A stretch of DNA of 64,000 nt from Squalus acanthias (Eukaryota): assembly GCA_030390025.1 (NCBI GenBank), contig CM059432.1:102364001-102428000 (forward strand), read 5' to 3'. This document shows, one piece after another, positions 1 to 13,781 of the stretch. The first letter of the stretch is position 1. Every line of letters starts with the position of its first letter. The notes beneath the pieces are model-generated. The model ran no database searches. It worked only from the letters and a program-made list of their open reading frames with translations, and had not been told where the DNA came from. Position numbers and translations under genes: made by a program.

Positions 1-91
1 ATTAATCCCTTTGTTCTCCTTTGCTGAATCCTAAACTGCTCCCAATCCTCAGGTTTGCTGCTTTTTCTGGCCAATTTATATGTCCTCTCCT

Positions 92-604
92 TGTTTCATG
101 ATCCACTGAGATCATTGAAAGGTTTGCACTACTGCAGCCTGGTCCTCCTGACAACATCCCTGCTTGTGCCCTCCTGTGCAATGTGCAACCAGGCTGTGTT
201 GGTGTCCTGGGGAGGTCTCTTCCGCCCATTGGAAGGGAAGAGAACCTCCCTGCGTGCTGTGACTCCCTCCATAAGCATATGGAGGGAGTCATGGGAGAGC
301 CTGGGTGCAGCCGTGCACCACCTGTCAGTGTTTGCAGCACCTCGGTGCTGTAGAACACTGACAGCACAACTGTCAAAGTAGATTTGGACTTGGCCCCTTT
401 AAGGAAACCGGCTGATGACACGTCATCAAATGACGTCATCAAACCCGCTTCCTTTTAATTGGCCAGGAACCTCGTTGGGCGGGCTTAACAAACCCAATCA
501 TCATAAATTCACTTCAACAGAGCGGGATGGAGCGGGCAGCAGGCTGGGATCACACTACTGACCCTGGCTGCCCCTGACCCACCTCGGTAGGCGAAATCGC
601 AGCC
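92..604 (-). mobile_element. Decayed Harbinger-family terminal fragment (start of Myb/SANT gene plus end)
   Basis: Closely similar to 25540-26060; minus strand reads as a degenerate ...K.FNDL... Myb/SANT motif like the Harbinger Myb genes elsewhere in the window. Confidence 0.6.
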
Positions 605-610
605 TATGCT

Positions 611-1037
611 TTTTTTATTTATTCATGGGATGTGGACGTCGCCAGCAAGGCCAGCATTTATTGCCTATCCCTAATCGCCCTCGAGAAGGTGGTGGTGAGC
701 TGCCTTCTTGAATACAACTGAGTGGCTTGCTCAGCCATTTCAGAGGGCAGTTAAGAGTCAACCACATTGCTGTGGGTCTGGAGTCACATAGAGTCATAAC
801 GATATAGGCCAGATCAGCAGATTCCTTCCCTAAAGGACATTAGTGAACCAGATGGGTTTATACGGCAATCCGATAGTTTCATGGTCATCATTACTAATAT
901 TAGCTTTTTATTCCAGATTTTTATTTAATTAATTGAATTTAAATTCCCCAGCTGCCATGGTGGGATTTGAACTCATGTCACTGGATTGTTAGTCAAGCCC
1001 TCTGGATTACTATCCAGCAACATAACCACTATCCTAA
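611..1037 (-). mobile_element. tRNA-derived SINE whose 3' tail matches the Crack/L2-group LINE family
   Basis: Minus strand starts with A-box-like TAGTGGTTATG and B-box GAGTTCAAATCCC; ends in ...GGCAATAAATGCTGGCCTTGC...CACATCCCATGAATAAATAAAA, like the LINE tails near 24450, 27550 and 45865; partial second copy at 37948-38245. Confidence 0.75.
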
Positions 1038-2706
1038 GGTGTGTATGTAGTCAGCTCCAAATTATTAATGTGCAAACCCACTTTAATATCATACAATCAC
1101 CTTTAATTCTGTTCTGCATGTCAAGCTCCTACCCTTTCAGCTGTTCAGTTTAACATGTAAACTCATAAGTGAGTAAAATAGGATACTATCTCAAAAACTC
1201 TAATATTTATTAAAAAAGAAAATTGCCACAGATGCAGAATCTACACGATCTTCAACAATGATGACAATTGCAAATAAAAGCAGGAAATTGCTGTTACTGA
1301 ATCATAGGCAGCCATGAAACAAATCATATACATATGTCCAAAAATACCTGTATAGCAAGTGTTCAAAGCTACACAAAGTAATGCAACATGTTCAAATAAT
1401 TTTTTTTAGTCAAATTATGAAAATATCTTAAATTTCAAACATTTGCTATCTATAGGAATGAGTTTTCATTAATGTTAACTTCGGTTTGTCAAATTACCAA
1501 AAAATCAATGTCTTATTTTGCCGACTATAGGGAAAGCATATCACACAGTGTATTAATATGAATCTCTTTCATAGCTTATAGCACAGATCCATAGTTGTCA
1601 ATGGTAACACTTCCTAATTTGACCATAAATATAAATATGCAGCATGTAATAAACTGTAGGGATTCTACAATCTAATCTGAGGCTTCAGATAGACTTTGAA
1701 CTTCACTCAACAGTTTATGATATAATTTGAGCCAGTCAAAAAATAATAATCTTCATCATCACTCCCTCCTAGCCAATATTATACCTTAGTTTAGGCCTAT
1801 AAGCCTATTGGATAACATGTATTTTGGTCCAATTTTCACCTGTGTTGCTTTGAAGCTATTTATTGTCATGCTGCCACGAGACGATTTTAAACAAATTCTA
1901 ATAGTTCTTTATTGTCACTGTCAGGCACAGAAACGCAACATAATATGCAATATATTTCCTCTGATTGCCTCCATAGCAACATAAAGATAACCTAACATCA
2001 GACGCAATGAGCAGAGCGCACCACTCAGAACAATTTCTTCAGTCCAAGCATTCCACGGCATCCCACATCACCAACATCCAACCTTAATAAATGTCACTAT
2101 TAAATTGATGCCAATTCCATCCAACATGCCTGACTTGACTTTATCATTGAAACTACATTATTAATCCACCCAGTAAGTATTTGGTTATTTTATTTGATAA
2201 AATTGAAATGCAATGTTAGCATTAAAAATGTGCAAAGAAGAAAAGGAGCAGAAACTAGGCTGTTGTGGGAGCGTTAGTCAAAGATAAGTGTTTTTAGAAG
2301 GCTTTTAAAGGTGGAAGGGAGGGTAAAGGGTACATGAGTGTGGGGAAGGGGTTCCAAAGAGTAGGGTAGAGGTAGCTGAAAGCTCTGTCACTGAAAGTGG
2401 AGCGGAGGGAAGTCAGCTGCACAGAATTGTCAGAGATTGTTTACTGGAAGATGCAGGCGATGCATAAAGCTAAGGGATGGATGGGGTCATGGAGGAATTT
2501 GTAGTTGGGGATAAAGATTTGGGAACATATTGGGGACAACAGACCTCAAATATATATCCTCTATTTCTATATAGAGTATAATAGTTAGCTGGGGTGCACC
2601 AAGGTATAGTGAGGCATTGAAAAACATGTGCACTCAAAATCAACCAGAGTCTGCATAAATCTTGGTAAACGTTCCTTAACCATCTATATCTTATATAAAA
2701 GATATA

Positions 2707-3599
2707 GGGGGAAAAATTCAGTCGCGCCCCATTTGGGGCGCAAATATCGTCCGGGCGCAAAGATTAGCGCCTGGCGTTAATTATCGCCACTGACTGGAAA
2801 CTTCACTTTTAACGCCCCGGGAGGTGATTGGAGCGCTAAATCAGGCGCTGCACATCTGTCTTAAGGCGCAAAGGCCGAGGAGTGAGGCGCTAACTCAGAG
2901 CGCTGGCGAAGCTCATGTAATGTCAGTCAGCAATGGAACACACACACAATGGCACGGGCCAGTTCTTAAAGGGGATGGTTAATCTTGCTTTCCATCCACA
3001 TCCTGCTCATTGCAGCCTTGAATCTCAGCCTGGAGAGACCTGCACATCAAATCTGCTGGAAAGAACAATAGAGAGTACCAGGCAAAGAGCTCAGAGTGCA
3101 GCCCCCACAGTCTCTTCTAAATCGATACAAGGAATGGCAAATCAAAATGAACCTGCAAAGTGCTGCTCAGTACCCAAAACTCCTTCACACAACGTTGAAT
3201 CTCTCCAGAAGTCTCTCTCACTCTCTCTCAGAATGCGTAGTTCAAAAATGGCACCAACAATAAAAGGCAGGAAGCGGTCACCTTTAAATAGCGCTCCCCC
3301 TTTCCCTTCATGACAGAAGAACGCTCCTATCAACCTGTCATTGCTAGCGTCAGGCGGTAAGGCAGGGGGCGCCACTCAATATCCGCTCCGGGGTGATACC
3401 GGGGCGTTGCACACTCGTCTGACATCATGATCGGCCGGCGCAGGAGATCGTGGCGGTAGTGTTTAGCGCCGCCGCAAAATGTCTAGTTAATTTCGCGAGC
3501 GGCGCAAACTTCGCCGCGCCCGGGCGCTAGCTGCTTTGCGCCCCATTAGCGCCCTCTTAAGGTGCTAATGGGAGGCGCAACCAACTGAATTTTTCCCCC
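2707..3599. mobile_element. Non-autonomous Harbinger (MITE, about 890 bp)
   Basis: TIR GGGGGAAAAATTCAGT / ACTGAATTTTTCCCCC, 3-bp TSD ATA, ends homologous to the autonomous element at 55761-60084. Confidence 0.92.
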
Positions 3600-3717
3600 A
3601 TAAACTGTAATTCATTTTGATTGTTCTAATGGCTGCACGTATCAGGTGAATGGATAGAGACTAGATTTACAGATATAAGTAATGATCACCGCTGTTGGCA
3701 GTAATAGTAGAATATTA

Positions 3718-4606
3718 GGGGTAAAAATTAGGTCGCGCACCATTTGGGGCGCAAATATTGTCTGGACGCAAATATTAGCGCCTGGTGCTAATTATCGGCA
3801 CTGACTGGAAACTTCACTTTTACCGCCCCGGGAGGTGAGTGGAGCGCTAAATCAGGCGCTGCACACCTGTCTTAAGGCGCAAAGGCCAAGGAGTGAGGTG
3901 CTAACTCAGAGCGCTGGCGAAGCTCATGTAATGTCAGTCAGCAATGGAACACACACACAATGGCACGGGCCAGTTCTTAAAGGGGATGGTTAATCTTGCT
4001 TTCCATCCACATCCTGTTCATTGCAGCCTTGAATCTCGGCCTGGAGAGACTTGCACATCAAATGTGCTGGAAAGAACAATGGAGAGTACCAGGCAAAGAG
4101 CTCAGAGTGCAGCTCCCACAGTCTCTGCTAAATCGATACAAGGAATGGCAAATCAAAATGAACCTGCAAAGTGCTGCTCAGTACCCAAAACTCCTTCACA
4201 CAACGTTGAATCTCTCCAGAAGTCTCTCCCTCTCAGAATGCGTAGTTCAAAAATGCCACCAACAATAAAAGACAGGAAGAGGCCCCCTTTAAATAGCGCC
4301 CCCCCCCCAGCCCCACAGCGATTGATAGCGTTCCAGTCTTCTGGTCGTTGCTAGCGTCAGGCGGTAAGGCAGGGGGCGCCACTCAATTTCCGCTCCGGGG
4401 CGCCACAAGGGCGTTGCACCATGGAATGACGTCACAATTTGCGCGCGCAGGTGGTCGCAGCGGTAAAGTTTAGCGCCGCCGCACAATGTCTAGTTAAGTT
4501 CCTGAGCGGCGCAAACATCGCTGCACCCGGGCGTTAGCGGCTTTGCGCCCCATTAGCGCCCTCTTAAGGCGCTAACGGGAGGCGCAACCAACTGAATTTT
4601 TACCCC
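3718..4606. mobile_element. Non-autonomous Harbinger (MITE), same family
   Basis: TIR GGGGTAAAAATT / AATTTTTACCCC, TSD TTA, highly similar to 2707-3599 and 54454-55346. Confidence 0.92.
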
Positions 4607-5537
4607 TTAGAGTTGTAATTCTGATCGTCAATACGTCAACCCTGGCTTACTAACTCAGTTATCCTCATTGGTCAAGTTGCGCTAAAGCCCGAAATGACAG
4701 CAAGGAAGGCAGGATTGGAAGGGGAGAAACACGGAAACAAAAGATGAACCAATTCCCTCCTTCCCACCCCCAGCAGAAGCACATCACCTGTCAGCCAGCC
4801 ATTCATAGAAAGACATAGAAAGACCCAGTCAGTCCTGAGGTCGTGGAAGGCGCAATGTAAGCGCAAGTCTGTCTTTCTTTTTTCTTATTTCTAAACAATA
4901 AATTGTACTAATTGGAAAATTAGCAATGTCACTGTTCTGAAGATTATACTATTAAATTGTTGCAATTGGGTATGCCTGATTGAAAAAGTTGTTTCCGAAA
5001 GTATTTCAAAAGAAAAGGCAGTGATACATATTTCTACGCAATTCTAAAGAAAGTAATGCGAGGGAATACGTGACGATATAAATTCATTATTAAGATATTT
5101 TCAGCTACAGAACAGCAACCTTGAAAATGCAATGTTATTAACAAAGATTTGCAGATTTTAAAACATGAAAAGACACTTCTCCAGCAAATGCTGAGGAGTT
5201 TCTTTCAATAGAATATATTAGTGAAACACTGGTGCCCATGAAAGCACACAGTAGTACTGCTGGAAGACAGATACTTGATAGTTGATAGTTGCAAGAGTTG
5301 ATAGTGACAAATATAAATAAAGAGCTTTGGAGGAGGGATCATTATTCGTTTTTTTCGATTTAATGATCTGGCCTCAAAGTTTGCATTTTCCCCCAAAGCA
5401 ACAATTCCTATGCCTAGGATGTGGTATTGGGTTATTAGCTGCCAGTATGTGTAACTGCATATACAAGCAACGGTGTTTGTGACTGAGAGGGAAAAAAGTT
5501 TTATCTTTTTAATTGTTTTATGTGATGTAGGTTACAT

Positions 5538-5668
5538 TGTTGCGCAGCATTTTCCTACATTACAATAGTAACTACACCTCAAAAAAATGTACTTCATTGG
5601 CTGGAGAGCGCTTTGGGACGTCCTGAGTTCGTGAAAAGCGCTGTTTAAATGCAAGTCTTTCTTTTCAT
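5538..5668 (+). mobile_element. L2-type 3' tail (SINE or L2 fragment)
   Basis: TACATTACAA...GTACTTCATTGGCT...GCGCTTTGGGACGTCCTGAG...AAATGCAAGTCTTTCTTTT; shorter copy at about 4831-4890. Confidence 0.55.
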
Positions 5669-7299
5669 TGCAGAATGCTCCCGAGATTGGCAAGCATTCC
5701 CCGGCACGCACACCACTACTTGGCGGTGATCCTTCAAGCCCCATTTCTGTACAGCGCACTCACAAGATGTTTAGATCAAGTCTACCGTATACATAAAGTG
5801 CGCAATGGCGGCAACTCGGATTTCTGGAGATAAAATCGGAATAGAAGGTGCTGCGACAGAGCCGAGATCCCTCGTACTGCCGGAGCTGAAGGAAGCTGTC
5901 CAGTGTCAACAGAAATCCCTGATATATAATGCGTCAAAAGCCCACTGGGACAGTGCCACCTAAATATGCCCCCTGTTTGGCATCCTATTTCCCCCCCTCC
6001 GATTCACACGCAAATTCCTTCTCTGGAGATTGGCCAGGTGTGCTGCTGGTCTTGGCGGAGGTACAGGAAACCCAACGGTTATGAAGCAAATTGGCAAACC
6101 TGTGCTGCTGATGAATTATGAAGGGGCAGCCCAGCAGCTTGCAGCTGACATGATTTTTTTTAAACACCGCGTTCGTGACGGCGGAAGAGGAGACAGATCC
6201 TGAATCTATTAGTTAAATTGCTAATGACTGCGGTAGGATGTAGGCTGCTTGGCGATTTGAACCCTGCCACGTCGAACGGCGTAAACCGGCTTCCCAAGTG
6301 TCAGAGGATCATTCCCCATTGACTGCTGCTCGGTTATGATACTCCCCTCCCCATCGCCACCATCTGTGCCAACGTAGTATCAAATGCTTCCTCTTCTCTC
6401 TCTACGGTGTGGCGGGGGACGGGGGACATCACAGTTGTGGAAGGACCGCTCAGATTTTCAAAATAAAATTCAATTACAGATTTCAAGCGCTGTGAAGTAA
6501 GATTCGGTTCAGCTCCTCGCCTATCTCAGAGTGTGTTTTTTCCAAGCAAATAAAACCCTTCTAATCTCTAACACCAGCCACGCATTTCTCACTGTACCAT
6601 ATTCGCTGGGCATTTCTCATTAATGCCCAGTTGTGCTGGGGATTAATTTCAAGCCAGCCATAGGCAAAATGCAAAAGTTTATCATTCGTCACTTCACTTT
6701 CTTTTTGTTAAAGATTTTAATCCATTTTCAAAGAACTGTTTCGGAAAATTAAGCTGTGTTTCCCACCTCGCTATAAAGGCAACAATATGAAATTATGTAA
6801 TAACTGTGGCAACGTCATCATCGCTTTAATTAACATAGAATTGATTAATGGGCATCAGCAGGACGATAACACCCACACCCTATAAAGTGCCTGTGTGTGG
6901 GTCTATTCCCCAAGCCAAGAAATAAGTTAATTGTCTAAAACACTCGCAAGCAAGTCGCTAAACCTGATTATATTTGCTGTACTTGAAATACCAAACAACG
7001 TCACACGGTGAATTCCCGAAGGTATCATAACCAGGATCAGCGAAATCTCATCACTGCATTTATTGTCTGCACGTATCACCCATTCAACTCGTGTATCGAA
7101 GGTTACGCTTCAATCCTACCTGTTATAGCCTTTTGGTTATTTTCTACCGCCCCCCCCCCCCCCACCTCCCCCCATGACCTTACCTGTGCCCTGAAAGCTA
7201 TGTGCTTCCGTATGGTTGTGTCATCTGTATGTATGTGGCCGTGTCTTGGTGACTTGTTTATGTAAACCAGTGCTTCTAATGAGTGTGGTGAGAGTCTGG

Positions 7300-7620
7300 G
7301 TATCTGAGCGTGTGTGTGTGCCATTATATAAGGGTGCGAGTCGGTTTGTACCCGAGTTTGCAAGTGTGTGAGTTTGTATGTTTGCTTGTAGGTCTGTGTG
7401 TGGTTGAGTCTGTGTGTGTGTGTGTGTGTGGTGTTTGTTAGGGATGGGCAATAAATGCTGACCTTGCCAGCGACGCCCACATCCCAGGAACGAATAATAA
7501 AAAAAATACATGTTGACGAGAGTCTGGGTACCTGTGTGTATGTATGAAAGAGAGGCGCGAGTCATGTGTGTATGTGTGTATCTGTGCATGTGTACGAGAA
7601 AGTGTGTGGGAGAGCTGGGC
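7300..7620. repeat. Degenerate (TG)n-rich region interrupted by a short LINE/SINE 3' tail (7438-7506)
   Basis: Visible TG runs; insert GGGATGGGCAATAAATGCTG...ATCCCAGGAACGAATAATAAAAAAAA. Confidence 0.7.
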
Positions 7621-10159
7621 CATGTATTGGGGTGCAGACAGAAGTACTGGAATATTTAACTGACAACCTTTTTTTCTCGATTATTTGCCATGAAATTAGT
7701 TTAAAAAAATAATCAATCTAACTATTCTATCAGCAGTATGGAGGAGGAATAAATGAAAGTATTACAAACGCCAATCCATTCACGCGTATGAAAGTCTCAA
7801 AGGCGCTGCTTCGAAGCAAGCCACCCCCAGCGAGTTTCTGCAAATAAAACATCACTGTGCTTCTCTTGTGATACCAGCCTTTCCTATCCCAACTTTACTT
7901 CAAAGAAAACTTTTTAGTAAAGACATCGGTTGAATCCCGGTTAGATTCCATGGTTAGAATTGTTGTTGGGGGGGAGATACAAACAGGAAGCTCTCTGCTG
8001 GGAGCGATATACGAGGTGGAGTGTCCACCACCCTGTTTAATGATAGTAACTGTTAAAAGGGACGGCCTGAGTCACCCGCTACGATACAGTTTTCTGGAAT
8101 GCTGCCTCCAAGCGAACATTCTTCACCCAGCAACTGTTCTGTGACGCTGCGAGAAACCCGCTTTTTTGGCAACATCAGACTTAGAACGGGGTGTGCAAGA
8201 AGTATCTGTGCAGCACTGAAATCACACGCTGCCAAAAAGCTAAATAAAGGGCATGTCAGTTAGACCCGAGTTCGTGGCAGCCGCATGGAAACAGACCGGG
8301 GTTTCCTGGTAGACCCATAGACATTAAGGAAGGCGGTTACATCCTTTTTTTGTCCATGTGATTTGCTGCAGTTTCTGATTTTATCCATGGAAGAAATGCT
8401 TCCCAGCCTAATCCTGTACCCCTCCCAAACTCACTCACCACAATACCCATCAATGACTGATTTTGCTCAAATATTAAACTTGTGGGTTGAAAAGAGCAAT
8501 ATAGTTGCATCATGAAATAAGTAATCTGAAGCCCCGCGTATGGCGATATATACATTCAGTCTTCAACATGGTGTGTTTATTCCATTAAAAAACTATTACG
8601 GCGTTTAATGAATAGCATTGATTACATAGAATACGGTAGTTCCCCAAAGGGCGACATCAGGACCTCCCCCTCCCTCCCTCCCCTTTCCCCCATAACAAAC
8701 TGTGGATTTGAAAGTTCAGTCCCACTATGGCCATATGCAATAAATTATGTCGGAATGTGTTACCATAATTTTATAGACTCCCACACCTCCGCACCGACCC
8801 CCCCCTCCCTCAATTCCAAGTAAGCATGAAACACGGATTGACAGCAATGAAAGGCAAATACGCTGCTTTATTCACTGCGAGAGCCAGCTGCAAGCCTGAC
8901 AATAACCCGCTTTATACAGAAGCAACTTGAATCCAGTTCAAGACGATACCCCTTGTGCCAGGAGAGACAGAGAGAGAAAAATCCCAAGCATGGGGAATTG
9001 AAAGCGAGCCTTGAGTAGGTCCAGTCGATAATACACCTGAAAAGGGAGTCACGAATTACCGAATATTCCCAGGTACAATTAAAAAAGATACCGGGATTTC
9101 TGGGCTGCAGCAAGAAATTCAAGAGCTATCAAGCGATCCATTCGTCATTTCTGCCAATGTTGCTTCCACTTAAAATGATGAGACAGAAATTATGAGGCTG
9201 AAGAATGGTTACATTCGACTAGCCAGGATCTCGCAAATAAATAATATTTCGAAAGAAACTAAAGTTTTCTTTGTAAACGACTGTTGAAGTTTATGTCGCT
9301 GTTATAACACAACAAAATTCGAATTTGGAAAGAGAAAATAGAACCTACTCTCTGCTGTGATGTTAAACAGTGCTAGATTTCAATTTCTGGAACATGCACA
9401 TGCATATTGGGCAACTAACTCCCCTGAGCAGTCTCTGCTTAAGGACTAGACTTTGTAAGACTCGATTCGGTGATTTCTCATCTTGTTCCATTAATACATG
9501 ACACCTTACGCTTGTATCAATACCGCTCGACAGTCTGAAAGTAGATCTAAACACGTCTCATTAAAAAGGCTTAAGCAATTTGTATGAATCCTGATAGCCT
9601 AGTATAACAGAGCCTCTGTGTATACATATATATATACCCTACAGCAGCACATCCATCTAGTGCTGCATCTTCAGACGTGAAAGTGGAGCTTTGTGCAAAA
9701 TTTGACCGAAAACATAACACCCCCCTTCACCAGTTCCCAAATTGGATGTTACACGCGTCAGTAATTAAATGGTGTAAATTAAGCAGCGCCACAGTAAACC
9801 GTCATTAAGCATTTTAACCCAGGAAATCCCCCAAGCCCCTTCCAATCCGTGTTAGCCGGATTCTGATAACAGACTGCACGAAATTCAAATAGTTAAGGGA
9901 TATATGAGGCAACTCACGTATCCGATTGAGCATTCTGCAAGAATATTTATTGAGCCTAAGCTCGATTACTGCATTGAACGCCAGCCCAGGCAAGTCGAAT
10001 GCATTCTGCCAGTTCCCCAGCATCTAAAAAAAACACCAATTTCTCTGCTTCCTTATTTTCTCCCTATTATTCAGCGCAGGTGGTTCCCTTGTCCCTCTCA
10101 TGTCTGAGGGATAATAGGATGGGAAGGGGAGGGGGAGAAGGGGGAAAGCCAAAACCTAC

Positions 10160-10226
10160 CTTCCACACATGTGATCGTCAATAAAAAGACAAGGTATGAA
10201 AATATAACTCCACTTTTCGTCCCCAT
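10160..10226 (-). CDS. Probable first coding exon of a host gene, encoding a signal peptide (MGTKSGVIFSYLVFLLTITCVE-G)
   Basis: Strong Kozak context GCGATGG; basic n-region, hydrophobic core and small-residue c-region; ends at phase-1 donor GAAG/GTAGGT; lies in repeat-poor CpG-rich DNA; upstream in-frame ATG at 10340. Confidence 0.6.
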
Positions 10227-11400
10227 CGCCTTTCCGAGGAAAGAGAGCCCGTGTCTGCAGCATTTAGTGCATCCTGTCCGAAAAATGGATGTCAGCGAAT
10301 CTTCAGTCGAAATCCCCTGTATTTTGCAGTTCGATATCATACTGGTTGTAATTTTGTGTGTGTGTGTTGTAGTGTAGTGTGTGTCGCCGATCAGTTTTGC
10401 TTGTTGGTCCGCGGCGCTCGAACACTACTGCGAGTGAATGTGTTTCTGGGATACCACAGCAACCTTGAACGAGGACTCAACCATCTCAACCAACGGGGGC
10501 ACAAACTCCAGGCTCCTTCCCACTTGCCTTGGCTGTCTAAATCCTAAAGTGCACGAAAGAGGGAAAAAAAATCCCGCTGCTGGTAGCGAGCCAACTCCAA
10601 GAGAATCCAAAAGGGGGGTTGGATGGGGGAAAATAATGATGTGTAATTAAACATTTAACTTCAAAGCGGCAACGTCAGAAACGGAGCGATGTTTAAAATT
10701 CATACACTCTGCTGATCGATATTGCCACACGCCATGCCAGCGGCTCGAAGGAACACGCAGATACAGTTTAACCATCACACGGAAATGACCACAGATTAGG
10801 GGGGGGGGGGGGCGGGGGAGGCCACCTTAATTCTGTCTCTGCCGTTAACTGTGCTGTAGGTAAAGCGGAAGAGAGAGGGAATACGCTGTGTCCATCACAA
10901 TATATTATTTTGAGATGAATTATAAATACGTTCGGTTAAACAGGCCGTCAATATCGAGGGAAAACGGTAGTCGGTGTCTAAGCATCCCCGATACCCGAAA
11001 AAAACATCTTTAAGTTTACTTAGCACAGGAAGAGGCAATCGACAGCCGAAAGTATAGTCTTCCAGTCATCACATTTACTATTTTCAGTTAGTGTTATAAT
11101 CGGTTCCTGCACTTGGCAAGAACATCGTCACGATGCCCATTCCATGTAGCTCTTGTCGCTTGAAAATAAAATCAGCGAATAGCAGCGGCGCTTGGGTTGA
11201 ATTCTTTATTCTCGGAATGGGTTAAAGGAGTTCAGCAGAAGAACACTTGTGCCACCTGCAGGCTGCGAAGCGATGACCTGATAGCAATCCTCGTGTTCAA
11301 AAACCGCCTGGACCCGATTCACAGATTTCCTGCTCGAACATCCTTAAAAAATACACACGCACACACACACCTGTCTGGCGAATAGGCATTTAGCGAATGG
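10227..11400 (-). promoter_or_regulatory. CpG-rich putative 5' UTR/promoter region of that gene
   Basis: CpG visibly retained relative to the AT-rich flanks, no recognisable TEs, G-tract at 10799-10821. Confidence 0.35.
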
Positions 11401-11687
11401 TGGGAATCGCTTTATCCACACAGCGCTCACTTAGACGCTTAGTGTCTTTAAAATATATTTTTTCTGTGGGACGAGGGCATGTGGGGAATGGATCTTCAAA
11501 CAGTTCTGGGAATAGATGTGAGTTATGAGTGGCACAGCAGACAGGCGATATTTCCGAGGTGCAGCGCTGTCGGACATGTCGTGCTCTTGAAATGCTTTAA
11601 TAAAATAGGTATGGAAAACGTAATGCTGTAGAATCGCTTTGCTGTGAGTGGTCTGCAATGAAATATTTTCTGCTGGTGATTGTTAAG

Positions 11688-11955
11688 CACAGAATGATAC
11701 AGCACAAAAGACGGCCATTCGGCCCATCGTGCCTGTGCCGGCTCTTTGAAAGAGCTATCCAATTAGTTCCACTCCCTGCTCTTTCCCCTTGGCCCTGATT
11801 TGTTTTCCTTTACAAGTATTTATCCAATTCTCTTTGGAAAGTTACGATAGAATCTGCTTCCACCACCCTCTCAGGCAGTACTTTCCAGATCATAACAACT
11901 CGCTGTGTAAAAAATGCCTCATCTCCTCTGATTCTTTTGCCAATTATCTTAAATG
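11688..11955 (-). mobile_element. CR1 LINE 3' fragment
   Basis: Reverse complement of the CR1 3' end (GGCCATTCGGCCCATC...GAATCTGCTTCCACCACCCT). Confidence 0.75.
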
Positions 11956-13781
11956 AATTCCAGTGTTTCTATTCACGCACATTATACTGTAGTTCTACTG
12001 AGCAACATACACATTATTGGCCATTCCCTGATGAACATGTGTACACCGACATACTGAGCAGCAATAATCTCGACTGTTTCCCCATATGTCGCTCTGATGT
12101 ATTGCTCCCCCCCCCCCCCCCCCCGCCCAAGATTGGCGGATCAGCGATTGTAAAAACACATTTAGGCCCGGAAATTTACATTGCTTCATTTAACTTTGTT
12201 CGACACACGATTTAGTTAAATAATTGTGTTATTTTTAAAGCCATTTTTCTTCTGGTAAGATAGTTTTCTTTAACTTGTTAGCGTGTTGCTTCAGTTGAAA
12301 ATTTACATCGAACAGATTGACGAGATTGAAGCCTACAAAAACCAATTATATAATCACTGTTGGTAAAACATGATTGTTCTGTCACGCATTCTATGATGTA
12401 CACATCAAATACATGCCTAGAGCTACGTTCTCAACTCATCTTAAACAGCACGTCAACACAGCTTCGCCGTCTGCTATAAGCTGTCTTGTTTCTTTGGCGC
12501 GGTCACAGGTCGATTTCTCTCTCTCTCTCTCCTCCCTGTCTGTTACACACACCTCGCTCTCTATCGTGAACCCATTTATCTGTCTTTCACGGCACCTGAT
12601 TCTGTTTCGCTTTCCTGTTGTCTCATACAGACAGGCTTCTCCCTCAAACAGCACGTGAAATTATTGATCTCTCCCCAAACGCACCCCTTATATTTCTTTT
12701 CTCTCGTGGCTGTCTAGCGTACACATGCCTTTCTCTTTCCCAGACACGCACATATAAGCAGCGCTATGCCCTCACTCGCGCAAATTTTGATATAAATATT
12801 TATTAGCTCAGAAACAGATCATTCGGAAGAAAATGCAGGACAAAAATGTCTGGTGGTAGGTGCTCGGTTATCACAAAGTTCTAAGGGATGAGGTGACACT
12901 GTAGACTTTCAGTAATGAATATGTCCAATTACACGAGTCTTCTAATTAAACATATTTTTCTGCATGATGTATAACTGGTCGTAATGAAAGCAGATGAAGA
13001 AGCCACATGTTCATGATTTGAAATGCCGATGCTGGCAGCATTAGCAACACCAAGTGCCTTACAGCATTACCAACATATATTTTGTGCCGTTTATTTATAT
13101 AACATTGAAATATTAGAAAATGAAATGAAATGATATTCCATTTTGAATTGTGCTAAAACTGTTGCCCAGTACATGTCTTCTGTTTAACATTCCGTGACTG
13201 GCCATTGTGCTGCGGTTCACTGATTGACCACAAGTGCCGCTGCTGAGCACAATGGGTTCTCGGTAGCAAGATGGAAAATGTATATTTCACTTCGAAATAT
13301 AAAAAGGAAGTACACTGATTGAATATCGCGATGAAGACACTCATTAGTTGCTCCGCACAGACTAAGCAATCTTTCAGAACTCCACAAAACTCCAATTTAC
13401 AGGTTTCCAGAGAAGGCCATTGGGCCCATGCAAACTGATCTATGCAGTAAGCAAATCCACATTCCCTTTATCAGAGCACTCAGCTGTTCTTAAGAGATCC
13501 CAAGGTTTTTGCCTCCATTACCCTACTTGGGAGTCCACTGAACCTATTGATTACTCAATGTGTGAGGAACTTTCTGCTGGAAGTCCTAAAACTGTTTTTT
13601 GAACTTGTACTCCCTTGCCCTCGTGTCATGATTTATTCTGAAGTAATTTTCCAGATATATTTTATCATCCTTTCTCAGACTGCTCCTTCCAAAACTGAAA
13701 AGCCCGTTTCTCCAAGCTCTCCTCAAAATTCAGTCCTCTCACACTAGAGATCAGCTTCATAGCTCTTCTCTCTACCATTGG

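Noticed and set aside
1594..1608. RFX X-box-like GTTGTCAATGGTAAC
   Set aside because: A single short motif; unsupported without conservation data
2933..3313. Recurrent 126-136-aa ORF MEHTHNGTGQFLKG (also at 3944, 54680, 60581)
   Set aside because: Lies within young MITE copies, so identity reflects recent copying; crosses a CT microsatellite and has no recognisable domain
10160..10226. Naming the exon as F11R/JAM-A because it starts MGTK
   Set aside because: Four residues are not evidence of identity
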